A stretch of 64,000 nucleotides of DNA from Candidatus Omnitrophota bacterium (GTDB lineage: Bacteria > Omnitrophota > Gorgyraeia > JAFGHF01), in contig JAFGHF010000072.1 of assembly GCA_016939375.1 (NCBI GenBank), positions 229 through 64,228 on the forward strand, written 5' to 3'. This document shows positions 23,026 to 32,732 of this stretch, in pieces. Made by a program: the position numbers and the translations under genes. The notes beneath the pieces are model-generated. The model had not been told where the DNA came from, ran no database searches, and saw nothing but the letters and a program-made list of their open reading frames with translations. Within the stretch, counting starts at the first letter, position 1; each line of letters opens with the position of its first letter.

Positions 23026-23640
23026 CTATTTCTTCTTTTTAGTTTTACTGCCTTCGATTACCTCATCCACAATGCCATATTCCTGGGCTTCCTTAGCAGA
23101 CATAAAGAAGTCTCTATCGCAATCCAATTTAATCTTATCTAAAGATTGGGAAGTATGTTTGACTAAAATATCATAAAGCTTATCCCTTAAAGTTAAAATT
23201 TCCTTGGCTTGAATGCTGATATCTGCGGCCGCCCCCTGAACTCCACCCCATGGTTGATGGATCATTACCCGGGCATGGGCAAGCGCATATCTTTTACCTT
23301 CGCTACCGGCAGCCAGAAGCACCGCCCCCATGCTAGTAGCCTGCCCGACACAATAAGTACATATATCCGGTTTTACAAACTGCATTGTATCATATATGGC
23401 CAACCCGGAAGTGACGATACCGCCCGGGGAGTTGATATATACATTGATATCCCTCTCCGGGTCCTCCATTTGCAAAAAAAGCATCTGAGCTATAACCATA
23501 TTCGCGATCACATCGTTAATAACGTTGCCGATAAAGACTATCCTGTCTTTAAGCAAACGTGAATAGATATCATACGCCCTTTCTCCTCTGGCGGTCTGTT
23601 CGACAACTATGGGAACTAAAGTCTGCCCGCGATTATCCAT
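23026..23640 (-). CDS. clpP: ATP-dependent Clp protease proteolytic subunit
   Basis: 204 aa. Ser-His-Asp triad context (GQATSMGA, ...HQP). Confidence 0.9.
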   Translation of the reverse strand: MDNRGQTLVPIVVEQTARGERAYDIYSRLLKDRIVFIGNVINDVIANMVIAQMLFLQMEDPERDINVYINSPGGIVTSGLAIYDTMQFVKPDICTYCVGQATSMGAVLLAAGSEGKRYALAHARVMIHQPWGGVQGAAADISIQAKEILTLRDKLYDILVKHTSQSLDKIKLDCDRDFFMSAKEAQEYGIVDEVIEGSKTKKKK

Positions 23641-23678
23641 TTTGCCCTCCTTGATTTTGGCCTTTCGTAGTATCGGAC

Positions 23679-24704
23679 TTATCCTACGATATTTGCCTCT
23701 TTTAATAAAAGCTCGACTGTCTTAAAGTTTAGTATCTCTGCTTTTATGCTCGATATCAGGTTGTTCCGCTCTAGATAACTCCTTACCTCATCGGCGCTTT
23801 TGCCTGCACGCATGGAGATCTGGATTATTCTTTTCTGTAGATCTTCTTCTTCGACTTCGATATTTTCCCGCTTGGCTATCTCGTCAAGTATAAATGATAG
23901 GTTGACTCTACGGATGGCTTCTTTACGCGCCTGCTCTTCCAATTCCTTGTTTTTTGATTCGATTTCTTCGCTTTTTTTGCCGTGCAAAACATAATTAGTC
24001 TTGATCTGCTTCAATATCTCCTGGGACTCTCTGTTAACTAGCGATTCGGGCGTCTCCATAGATGTCTTCTTCAATAGCTGATCAAGTAATTGCCTTTCCA
24101 TGTCTGACTTGCTTTCTGCCTCAGCATTATCTTCCAGATTCTGCTTTATCTTCTGTTTTAAATCATCTAAAGATGCAAGGCCCATTTCTTTTGCTAAGGA
24201 GTCGTTTAGTTCAGGTAAAACCTTTTCTTTCTTTTGCTCGCCTGACACTTCGACTTCTTTGGCCTTTGCCTGCCTTATGTTCTGCAAGACCTCATCGACC
24301 TGAAGCTGACCCACTTCTTTTTTCTTTTTGACTATACGGATATCCTTATATGACTTTATCTTAGGCTGCGGCCGAACGTCGACTTTGGCCGAAAAACAAA
24401 GAGTGTTGTTTTTAAATTGGACGTTTTCAATTTCTGGCGCAGAAACCGGATCGATGTCTTTCTCTTGGACAGCTTTTAAATAGTACTGTGAAATAGCCCT
24501 TTTGACCATCTCCTCCTGAGCTGTCTTGGCGTAATAAGTCTCCAATAAATCCCTGGGGGCATGGCCAGGCCGGTACCCAGGGATGCGCGCGCTTTTACGT
24601 AAATCTGCATAAACAAAATCATAGGCCTGGGAGACCTCCTGCGGCTCTACCTCTATATTAAGTACTTTGTTGCAACCCTTGTTATTTTTTATTTCCGTTT
24701 TCAT
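23679..24704 (-). CDS. tig: Trigger factor, short form lacking the central PPIase (FKBP) domain
   Basis: 341 aa. Ribosome-binding signature GYRPGHAP in the N-domain. The linker runs directly into the C-terminal arm domain. Conserved tig-clpP order. Confidence 0.8.
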   Translation of the reverse strand: MKTEIKNNKGCNKVLNIEVEPQEVSQAYDFVYADLRKSARIPGYRPGHAPRDLLETYYAKTAQEEMVKRAISQYYLKAVQEKDIDPVSAPEIENVQFKNNTLCFSAKVDVRPQPKIKSYKDIRIVKKKKEVGQLQVDEVLQNIRQAKAKEVEVSGEQKKEKVLPELNDSLAKEMGLASLDDLKQKIKQNLEDNAEAESKSDMERQLLDQLLKKTSMETPESLVNRESQEILKQIKTNYVLHGKKSEEIESKNKELEEQARKEAIRRVNLSFILDEIAKRENIEVEEEDLQKRIIQISMRAGKSADEVRSYLERNNLISSIKAEILNFKTVELLLKEANIVG

Positions 24705-24706
24705 CT

Positions 24707-25501
24707 TTACATCCTAAATTTTTCACCGAGATATATTTCCTTGGCCTTGGGGTCATTTATCAGGTCTTGAGCCGTGCCGGAAATAAGGATCTTTCCCTCG
24801 GCCATTATATAGGCCCTGTCGGTTATAGCCAACGTCTCTCTTACACTATGATCGGTAAGCAATACGCCCAGCCCTTTCTTCTTTAATTCTGTAATGATTT
24901 CCTGGGTCTCAAAGACCGCAATGGGGTCCACTCCGCTAAAAGGTTCGTCCAATAGAATGAAGCTTGGGTTGGTAACTAAGGCCCGCGTAATCTCCAATCT
25001 CCTTCTTTCTCCCCCCGAAAGCGTAGAGGCCCTGTTTTTTGCCAGGTAGGATATGTTTAATTCGGCCAGCAAACGCTTCAAGCGCCTCTTCCTTTCCTTT
25101 CGAGGAATATTCAGCGTCTCTAATATCGCCATTATGTTTTCTTCCACGGTCAATTTACGGAATACCGAAGTCTCTTGCGCAAGGTAACCGATGCCCCGGC
25201 GCGCCCGTTGATACATAGCAAGCCTAGTGATGTCCTGATCGTTGAAGATTATCTTGCCCTTATCGGGGGAAATCACACCCACGATCATATAAAAACTGGT
25301 GGTCTTGCCTGCCCCGTTTGGGCCCAAAAGCCCGACTACCTCTCCTTTTTGGACGGTTATGTTTATAGAATCTACTACGCGGCGGCCTCCATAGGCCTTA
25401 ATAAGTCCATTCGTCTTCAATAAATGCATCTGTGTCTTCTTCCTCTTCGACTTCCAATTTTTCTTCTTCAGCTGACTCCTCTTGCTCGCTCTCTGAGCCA
25501 C
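24707..25501 (-). CDS. lptB: LPS export ABC transporter ATP-binding protein. True start probably the internal MHLLKTNGL.
   Basis: Walker A GPNGAGKTT, ABC signature LSGGERRR, Walker B ILLDEP. Follows lptC/A and kdsC/D as in the canonical locus. Confidence 0.85.
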   Translation of the reverse strand: MAQRASKRSQLKKKNWKSKRKKTQMHLLKTNGLIKAYGGRRVVDSINITVQKGEVVGLLGPNGAGKTTSFYMIVGVISPDKGKIIFNDQDITRLAMYQRARRGIGYLAQETSVFRKLTVEENIMAILETLNIPRKERKRRLKRLLAELNISYLAKNRASTLSGGERRRLEITRALVTNPSFILLDEPFSGVDPIAVFETQEIITELKKKGLGVLLTDHSVRETLAITDRAYIMAEGKILISGTAQDLINDPKAKEIYLGEKFRM

Positions 25502-26534
25502 CCATCAAAGAACTGAAGCCTTCGGTAGAAAAGATAACCAATTTTGGCGACCCGGTCAGAGTCAGCATGCCTGTTTCAGTGTCATAGATTGCTTTTTCGC
25601 TATAAGTAATATTTTCGCCATGGTGGATCTCCACATTTCCTATACATATGATTTTGTCTATGCCCATCCCTTCGATGCCTTCTACTTTCTTGCCGTCTTC
25701 TGAATCGGTGGCGAAATAGACATCCATTTGGTCGGCAAAGATCTCACCGCGCTCATCATTTACTTTCACATTATTGCGGAAAATCGCTATGTTGCTTTGA
25801 TAATCTACTTCCAGCGGGCCATTGCAAGTAATCACGGTAGCGGGAGCAAAGACTTCTGTCGTAGTCTCCCTGATGCCCTTTACGCCTTCTAATTCGCGCG
25901 TCACTGCCTCATCTTTTGTTAACGGCTCAGCCGTAGATTCAGCTTGCTCTAATTGCGAGGGGCCTTCTTGTGTCTGGGCATCCTCCTCAGGCAAGTTTAA
26001 CTCGACCACGACATCTTTCTTTAATTCAACGACGCCTAATGTCGGCTGCCCGACAATACCTTTACCCGATGCCTTCATCTTTCCCCTGGCCAACCATACG
26101 GGGGCCTCGCTAGAAAGTTTCTCTTGCTGGGCGTCCCAATCCAAATAGTCGGTCACCAAAGTAGCCCCGTCATCAGTCGTGGCTTTAACATTTTTTTCCA
26201 GATGTACGTTGTTATCCACCTTATTCAGGCTGCCTTCATCGGCTACGATGGTCATATTAGTGTCTTTGCCGTAAACTTTGCCGGTAACTTCGGTAAGGCT
26301 GATCTCCGCATCCATAATGTTGGCGCTTTTTCCCTCGAGGTCCCATTGCTTTTTGCCGCCTTTACTGTACCCGCTCACGGAAAAGCTGGAAAGCATCTCT
26401 TCCGGGGCCTCTTCCAATTCCTGTTGCGCAGCAAGTTCTGCCGCAGAAGGGCTTGCGCTTTCTTCTTCCCTATTGACCGAGCCGCAACTTGCGATTAAAA
26501 AAGACATTGCCAAAATTAAAAGCAGCTTCATCAT
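25398..26534 (-). CDS. Periplasmic LPS transport lipoprotein with two OstA-like beta-jellyroll regions (LptC-like plus LptA-like) and an acidic C-terminal tail
   Basis: 378 aa. Signal peptide plus lipobox (LIASCGS). Position between kdsC and lptB. Repeated OstA-like segments. C-terminal EEEKLEVEEEEDTD. Confidence 0.6.
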   Translation of the reverse strand: MMKLLLILAMSFLIASCGSVNREEESASPSAAELAAQQELEEAPEEMLSSFSVSGYSKGGKKQWDLEGKSANIMDAEISLTEVTGKVYGKDTNMTIVADEGSLNKVDNNVHLEKNVKATTDDGATLVTDYLDWDAQQEKLSSEAPVWLARGKMKASGKGIVGQPTLGVVELKKDVVVELNLPEEDAQTQEGPSQLEQAESTAEPLTKDEAVTRELEGVKGIRETTTEVFAPATVITCNGPLEVDYQSNIAIFRNNVKVNDERGEIFADQMDVYFATDSEDGKKVEGIEGMGIDKIICIGNVEIHHGENITYSEKAIYDTETGMLTLTGSPKLVIFSTEGFSSLMGGSESEQEESAEEEKLEVEEEEDTDAFIEDEWTY

Positions 26535-26541
26535 GTTTTTC

Positions 26542-27063
26542 CTACTCTAAAAAACCAGCCGTCACCTTGCGCCACTTACCCTGAGCCCGTAATATGATCT
26601 CGATGATTTCTCTGACTGCGCCTTTACCGCCTTTTTTCCTGGTTACATAGTGGGCAGCCTTCTTGGCCTCTGCACAGGAATTGGATACCGCAACGGCCAA
26701 CCCCGCTTTCTTAAGCGCCGGCACATCCACTAAATCATCGCCGACAAAACAGACTTCGTCGTTTTTCAGCTTGTACTTTTTTAAGATGGCCGAAAGGGCC
26801 TTTCCTTTAGCAAGCGAATTTTGCTTGACTTCTACGGCCCCGATATCTTTTGCCCGTCTAAGCACCGCACCTGAGCCCTTTGCGGTAATAAGCGCTACCT
26901 TTATATCTGTCATTTTCAAAAGCGCCAGACCCATGCCGTCCAAAACATTAAAACACTTAAGCTCCTTGCCCCGCTCGTCATAAATTATCCGGCCGTCTGT
27001 CAGAACCCCGTCAATATCCAAGGCCAACATCCTGATTTTTTTTGCTTTCTCTTTAACAGACAT
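26542..27063 (-). CDS. kdsC: 3-deoxy-D-manno-octulosonate 8-phosphate phosphatase
   Basis: 173 aa HAD-IIIA. DIDGVLTDG motif. Confidence 0.8.
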   Translation of the reverse strand: MSVKEKAKKIRMLALDIDGVLTDGRIIYDERGKELKCFNVLDGMGLALLKMTDIKVALITAKGSGAVLRRAKDIGAVEVKQNSLAKGKALSAILKKYKLKNDEVCFVGDDLVDVPALKKAGLAVAVSNSCAEAKKAAHYVTRKKGGKGAVREIIEIILRAQGKWRKVTAGFLE

Positions 27064-27102
27064 ATTTCCTTTACCTGCGCAAAACAGCTACTCACGGCAT
27101 TG

Positions 27103-28068
27103 CTAGACTAACCCTGCCTTTAAGATATCTTGCACGTCTAAGAGGCCAATAGGCTTTCTTGTATTATCGACCACCGGCACTTCATCGATTTTTTTTGCTT
27201 GTAAGACCTTAAGGGCATCCACTGCCAGATCTTCGCCTTTGACCACTACAGGGTTCTTGGTCATCACTTGCTTGATCTTAAGACCGGTCAAATCGGTGTT
27301 CTGCTCGATATGACGGCGCAGGTCGCCGTCTGTAAAGATACCGCAGAGCCTACCCTGTTTATTTATTATAGTGGCGCTGCCTGCCCGGGCAGAGGTAATG
27401 GCTAACAACACGTCTTTAACCAAGGCATCTTCTTTTACCACAGGATTGCCTTTACCTGTGCGCATAATGTCTTTTACTTTCAAGAGAAGTCTTTTGCCCA
27501 GATTTCCTCCCGGATGATAGAAGGCAAATTCTTCTTTCTTCAGATCACTTCTTTCCAAGAGGGCCATTGACAAGGCATCCCCCATAGCCAACATAGCTGT
27601 AGTGCTGGCCGTAGGAACCAATCCCAAAGGACAAGCCTCCTCGTGCACACTGGTGTCTAAAACTATGTCGCTATTCTTGGCTAATGTAGATTTTAAGTTT
27701 CCCGTGAGACAAATAATCTTTACGCCCATTTTCCTGATCGAGGGCAATAGCCGCAAAAGCTCTTCCGTTTCCCCGCTGTAAGATATAGCTATGACTACAT
27801 CTGTTTTAGAGACTCTTCCCAAGTCGCCATGAATCGCCTCTGCCGGGTGCAGCCAAAGGCTGGGCCTGCCGATAGAAGATAGGGTCGCAGAGACCTTTTG
27901 ACCGATGATCCCACCCTTACCCATACCGGTCACTACGATCCTGCCTTTACATGAATGCAAAATCCTGACGGCCCTTTGAAAATCCCCGCCTAAACGGTTA
28001 ATCATATCGGCAATCGCCTTTGATTCTATTTTTAAAACTTCCTTTGCTCGCTTAATGGACATCAGCAC
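27103..28068 (-). CDS. kdsD: Arabinose-5-phosphate isomerase (SIS domain plus tandem CBS)
   Basis: 321 aa. SIS domain (VVTGMGKGG) and C-terminal CBS pair. Confidence 0.85.
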   Translation of the reverse strand: MLMSIKRAKEVLKIESKAIADMINRLGGDFQRAVRILHSCKGRIVVTGMGKGGIIGQKVSATLSSIGRPSLWLHPAEAIHGDLGRVSKTDVVIAISYSGETEELLRLLPSIRKMGVKIICLTGNLKSTLAKNSDIVLDTSVHEEACPLGLVPTASTTAMLAMGDALSMALLERSDLKKEEFAFYHPGGNLGKRLLLKVKDIMRTGKGNPVVKEDALVKDVLLAITSARAGSATIINKQGRLCGIFTDGDLRRHIEQNTDLTGLKIKQVMTKNPVVVKGEDLAVDALKVLQAKKIDEVPVVDNTRKPIGLLDVQDILKAGLV

Positions 28069-28904
28069 GCCTTATGTTTTTTTACTACAACATCGATTTC
28101 TTTGACTTGGCGGAGTAATTCTTGCAACTGGGCAAAGCCGATCATGTTAGGGCCATCGGAAAGGGCCCTTTTGGGCTTGGGATGTACCTCCAAAAAAAGC
28201 CCTGCACAACCGACTGCCACCGCGGCGCGGGATAACGTGGCCACAAACCTCCTGTCTCCTCCGGAGGCAATGCCTGCCGCTCCCGGCAACTGTACGCTAT
28301 GAGTGGCATCAAAAACAACCGGATAGCCAAGAGCGCCGATTATGGCCAATGAGCGCATATCGCTTACAAGATTATTATAGCCAAAAGAGCTTCCTCTCTC
28401 TGTGATTAATACTTTTTTATTGCCTGTGCTCAAAACCTTCTTGATAACATTTTCCACGTCCCAAGGAGCCAAAAACTGCCCCTTCTTGATATTTATGGGT
28501 TTCTTTGTCCTCGCTGCAGCCAATATTAAATCTGTCTGCCGCGACAAAAACGCGGGAATTTGGATTATGTCTAGCACCCCCGCAGCTTGAGTGATTTCCG
28601 AGCGGCAGTGTACATCGCTGATCACGGGCAGACCAAATTTCTTTTTCACCTTTTTTAAGATTTCCAGGCCTTTTGTTATTCCCGGACCACGATAGGAATC
28701 GATTGAACTGCGGTTTGCCTTGTCATAGCTGGATTTAAAGATCAAGGGCATTCTCATCTGGCGCGCGATCTTCTTTAACTCTTGTGCGCAACTCAGGCAA
28801 AATTCCTCAGATTCTATTACGCAGGGGCCAGCGATAAGGACTAAAGGCCCTTTGTTGCTCAATTTTACATCGCCGACTTTTATTTCCTTCATCATTCTAA
28901 CCAT
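28062..28904 (-). CDS. kdsA: 2-dehydro-3-deoxyphosphooctonate aldolase (Kdo-8-P synthase)
   Basis: 280 aa, DAHP-synthase-I family. LIAGPCVIES motif. Confidence 0.9.
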   Translation of the reverse strand: MVRMMKEIKVGDVKLSNKGPLVLIAGPCVIESEEFCLSCAQELKKIARQMRMPLIFKSSYDKANRSSIDSYRGPGITKGLEILKKVKKKFGLPVISDVHCRSEITQAAGVLDIIQIPAFLSRQTDLILAAARTKKPINIKKGQFLAPWDVENVIKKVLSTGNKKVLITERGSSFGYNNLVSDMRSLAIIGALGYPVVFDATHSVQLPGAAGIASGGDRRFVATLSRAAVAVGCAGLFLEVHPKPKRALSDGPNMIGFAQLQELLRQVKEIDVVVKKHKAC

Positions 28905-28922
28905 TAGACTCCGACTCTGCGG

Positions 28923-29663
28923 TCACTTTTTTTGTCTGATCTTTTCCTTGACCAGTTCCAGGTCCTCGGGGGTATCGACTCCTACCGTCTCAAAGTTGGT
29001 TTCGATGACTTTGATCTGGTAGCCTCTTTCTAAGGCCCGAAGCTGCTCGAGCTTTTCCGCCTTTTCAAGTTCCCCCTTGGGTAAATTCCTAAAAGTGAAT
29101 AAAAACTCTTTAGTGTAAGCGTAAAGGCCTATATGTTTAAAAAAGGACAAGGAGTCAAAATCAGTCTCTGAATCACGCACATGCGGTATTGGCGATCGTG
29201 AAAAATAAAGGGCAAAATTGTTTTTATCTTTGACCACTTTTACGATGTTAGGGTTATATAGCTCTTGCCTGTCTTTAATTTTATAGGCCAAGGTGGCTAT
29301 GGGAATAGAAGCATTCTCCGATAAGCAGTTGACTAACTCGTCTATCATGGAAAAATGGATCAACGGCTCATCCCCTTGGATATTGACTACGATCTCCGCG
29401 TCGATAGGATTGGCTACTTCGGCAATCCTGTCAGTACCGGAAGCGTGGTCTTTTATCGTCATTACCGCCCTGCCGCCAAAATCCTGCACGGCCTTGAGGA
29501 CCTTTTCGTCATCAACGGCAACGACCAAATCCTGCAGCGTCCCGGACTTCAGGGCCTCTTCATAAACATATTGGATCAACGGCCGGCCTAAAATATCGGC
29601 CAGGACCTTTCCCGGAAATCTGGTCGAATGGTATCTGGCTGGGATTACCCCAATCGCTTTCAT
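28923..29663 (-). CDS. kdsB: 3-deoxy-manno-octulosonate cytidylyltransferase (CMP-Kdo synthetase)
   Basis: 246 aa. N-terminal IPARYHSTRFPGK. Confidence 0.9.
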   Translation of the reverse strand: MKAIGVIPARYHSTRFPGKVLADILGRPLIQYVYEEALKSGTLQDLVVAVDDEKVLKAVQDFGGRAVMTIKDHASGTDRIAEVANPIDAEIVVNIQGDEPLIHFSMIDELVNCLSENASIPIATLAYKIKDRQELYNPNIVKVVKDKNNFALYFSRSPIPHVRDSETDFDSLSFFKHIGLYAYTKEFLFTFRNLPKGELEKAEKLEQLRALERGYQIKVIETNFETVGVDTPEDLELVKEKIRQKK

Positions 29664-30646
29664 CGGCTGAACCTTTCATTCAATTCTTCTTGCGTAGCAA
29701 CCGCTACTCCGACCTTGCCAACAACGATTCCGGCCGCGTAATTGGAGATATGTGCTGCTTCCAGCATCGAGGCTCCACTGGCTAAAGCCACAGTAGCAGC
29801 AGCAATGACAGTATCTCCTGCCCCCGAAACATCATATACCTCTTGGGCCATAGTGGGGATATGTACCGACTGGCCGTTCTCTTCAAATAAACGCATCCCG
29901 TTTTCACCCAAGGTAACCAAAACAGCCTTGCTTTTTTGGTTGGCAAGCAAAGCCCTCCCGGCGACATCCAAATCCTTCTCTGACTTTATCTCTTCGCCGG
30001 TGGCCTTGGCCAACTCATGGTGGTTTGGGGTAATCAAAGTTATGTCCTGATAATATGAGAGGTGGTTGTCTTTGGGATCAACAGTTACTATCTTATCGTG
30101 TTTGTGTGCAAGAGCTATAACCTCTTGGATCAGCCTGGGGGCGATCAGGCCCTTTCCATAATCTTCTATCAGCAACGCATCAACGTCATTTATTTTTTCT
30201 TTGGCATAGGTTAATATTTGGGAAATCACATTGTCATCGACTTCATCGACCTTCTCCCGGTCAATACGCACCACTTGCTGATGATGAGCGATCACCCGGG
30301 TCTTTAAGGTGGTCGGCCTCTCGGCGTCTACAACAATGCCCTCCACATCGATGTTCTTGCGCCTCAGTTCTTCGGTAAGGATCCTGCCCCGTTCGTCAGC
30401 GCCGATTACGCCACAGATAAAAGCCTGAGCCCCTAACCCATGAATATTATTTGCCACATTTGAAGCCCCGCCAGGCATGAACGATTCCGAATTTACCCAT
30501 ACTACAGGCACCGGGGCTTCCGGAGATATGCGGTTTACCTTTCCCCAGATAAACTCATCCAAGATAAGATCACCAATTACAAGTATTTTAGCCCTATTAA
30601 AAGCCTTAATTACTCTCTTAAATGCCTCTTTATCATGCCCTTTCAT
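29660..30646 (-). CDS. hldE: D-glycero-beta-D-manno-heptose-7-phosphate kinase (HldE/RfaE domain I only, pfkB family)
   Basis: 328 aa ribokinase-like. ILVIGDLILDEF and the GAGDT anion-hole motif. Confidence 0.8.
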   Translation of the reverse strand: MKGHDKEAFKRVIKAFNRAKILVIGDLILDEFIWGKVNRISPEAPVPVVWVNSESFMPGGASNVANNIHGLGAQAFICGVIGADERGRILTEELRRKNIDVEGIVVDAERPTTLKTRVIAHHQQVVRIDREKVDEVDDNVISQILTYAKEKINDVDALLIEDYGKGLIAPRLIQEVIALAHKHDKIVTVDPKDNHLSYYQDITLITPNHHELAKATGEEIKSEKDLDVAGRALLANQKSKAVLVTLGENGMRLFEENGQSVHIPTMAQEVYDVSGAGDTVIAAATVALASGASMLEAAHISNYAAGIVVGKVGVAVATQEELNERFSR

Positions 30647-30703
30647 ACCCTTCTCCCGGTTCTGGTAACGTACAACAGAACAGATATTTTAGCACTTAAA
30701 CAT

Positions 30704-31753
30704 TCAACTGTCAATTGAATAAGTACGCAGGATTTTTCTGGCAGCGGATAAGACCTCTTCTTCGGAAATAGCCTTAAGGCAGGCAAAACCTCTCTGACAA
30801 TTGTGCGCCAGACAAGGAACACACCCTAGATCCTTATGCAACACTATGTCGCCTTTGCCCTTAGGGCCCCAGCGGCATGGGCTCAGACCCGGCTGCCGGC
30901 GGCCAAAAATGGAAATTACCGGTGTGCCGACTGCTGCAGCAATATGAATCGGCCCGCTATCATTGGAAATAAACAAAGAACATCTTCTGAACAAACTAGC
31001 CAACTGGCTTACGGTAGTCTTACCGGCCAAATCCATAAAAGGGATATCCGAGAGTTTTATCAGCCTTCTGCCGATATCTACATCATCAGGCCCTGAGACT
31101 ACGGCAATCTTTACCTTAAATTCTAAAGCAATTTTTTTTGCGATATTGGCAAACCTTTCGGTAGGCCAGACTTTCGAAGGGCAACTGGCAGACGGATGGA
31201 TAGCGATAATTTTTTCGTTTTTTCTCCACCCTTTAGAACTTAGTAAGTCTTCAATGTATATTTCGCTGTCTTCTCTGATCGGCATGAACAAAGAGCAGTC
31301 CTCGGCTCCCTTGCCAAAAACCCGCAACAGGTCCAAGGTATATTCCAGCTCATGTTTCTTTCCTTCTTGTTTTTTATGCTCGATTTTTTCCGTCAATAAA
31401 AAGCCCAGTTTTTTATTAAAGCCGATCCTTCTTTTGATGCCTGCAATAAAAGCCATTAAATGGACGCGGTTGGTAGGATGTAGCATCAATGCCACGTCGA
31501 ATTTCTTCTTTCTCAAACCCAAGGCAAAAAGCAGGCTCCTCCACAGGCTGCTTTCTTTCCCGTATTTATCGTAAATCAACACCTCGGAAAGATAGGGATT
31601 TCCTATAACTATATCTCGGGTATAAGGTCTAACTAACATCGTAATGTGGCTTTGGGGAAAACGCATCCTTAAACTCTTGATTACAGGAGTAGAAAGCAGC
31701 ACGTCTCCTATTCTATCGGTACGCGTAACTAAGATCTTGCTAGGTTCTTGCAT
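30704..31753 (-). CDS. GT9-family lipopolysaccharide heptosyltransferase
   Basis: 349 aa. N-terminal ILVTRTDRIGDVLLSTPVIKSLR is the GT9 signature. Confidence 0.75.
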   Translation of the reverse strand: MQEPSKILVTRTDRIGDVLLSTPVIKSLRMRFPQSHITMLVRPYTRDIVIGNPYLSEVLIYDKYGKESSLWRSLLFALGLRKKKFDVALMLHPTNRVHLMAFIAGIKRRIGFNKKLGFLLTEKIEHKKQEGKKHELEYTLDLLRVFGKGAEDCSLFMPIREDSEIYIEDLLSSKGWRKNEKIIAIHPSASCPSKVWPTERFANIAKKIALEFKVKIAVVSGPDDVDIGRRLIKLSDIPFMDLAGKTTVSQLASLFRRCSLFISNDSGPIHIAAAVGTPVISIFGRRQPGLSPCRWGPKGKGDIVLHKDLGCVPCLAHNCQRGFACLKAISEEEVLSAARKILRTYSIDS

Positions 31754-32732
31754 CTAATACCTCTTTGCAGGCTGCGAATACATCGTCAGCGCTTACTAAT
31801 TTCATGCAATCGCGCGTACCTTTGGGGCATAAAGACTGCTCGCATGGAGAACACTTTAAATCCTTGCGGATGACCCTATCATATTTGCCTCCGGGGGCAT
31901 ATTTGCGATAGTCTGTAGGGCCGAATATCGAGACCACAGGGGTATTTACAGCCCAAGCTATATGCGTAGGAGCGGAATCATTGGAGACTACCAAGGCACA
32001 TTTACTCAAAAGACAAGCCAATTCCCCTATGCTGGTTTTTCCGCAGAGGTTAATCAAAGCGGGGTTGATGTCTCTACCGATTTCCTCTGCAATAGGCGCA
32101 TCTTGTTTATCCCCTACTAAAAGGATCTTCACGTCCAGCTCTTTGTAAAAAAGCTTGACCAGCTCGCGGTATCCCTGTTTTTCCCAGAGTTTCGTCATAT
32201 TCCGGGCCCCGGGAGCCAAGGCAACAACGCATTGTCCTTTCTGTATCTGCCATTTACGCCACATCTTTTCAATATTACCTTGCTCGTCTTCACTAAATTT
32301 GAGAGATGGCCCCTTTATATAAGAAGTGTCTAATCCTAAGGCTTGCAGCTTCCAAAGATGCCTGTCTTTCATATGTACCAAACTTTTGGGAGCCTTGCCG
32401 AAAATCGAACTTCTATAACGCGCTCCTAAAAATATACTAAAAGCAGTATTGCGCAAATCTACAACCAAATCGTAATGTTCGTGCCTTAATCGGGTTATCA
32501 GGCCGATTTTATTCCTTAGCGATATACTTTTTTCGTAAACAATCTTTTTGTCGATGCGGGTGTCATTTTTAAACACGGCAAAGGCCCGGGGGCCGACTAA
32601 AACGGCCAGATGCTGGCCGGGAAAATAGTCCCGCAGCGCCTGGATTACAGCCGTAGTCAATACTGCATCACCTATATTGCTCAAGGTGATCACCAAAATC
32701 CGCCTGATTTTTTCCTTGTTCATCTTAATCAT
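31740..32732 (-). CDS. GT9-family lipopolysaccharide heptosyltransferase
   Basis: 330 aa. ILVITLSNIGDAVLTTAVIQALR GT9 signature. Confidence 0.75.
   Translation of the reverse strand: MIKMNKEKIRRILVITLSNIGDAVLTTAVIQALRDYFPGQHLAVLVGPRAFAVFKNDTRIDKKIVYEKSISLRNKIGLITRLRHEHYDLVVDLRNTAFSIFLGARYRSSIFGKAPKSLVHMKDRHLWKLQALGLDTSYIKGPSLKFSEDEQGNIEKMWRKWQIQKGQCVVALAPGARNMTKLWEKQGYRELVKLFYKELDVKILLVGDKQDAPIAEEIGRDINPALINLCGKTSIGELACLLSKCALVVSNDSAPTHIAWAVNTPVVSIFGPTDYRKYAPGGKYDRVIRKDLKCSPCEQSLCPKGTRDCMKLVSADDVFAACKEVLDART

Noticed and set aside
30702-30720. Inverted repeat ATTCAA-CTGTCAA-TTGAAT at the stop codon of the first GT9 gene
   Set aside because: AT-only 6-bp stem with no U-tract. Too weak to call a terminator or operator.
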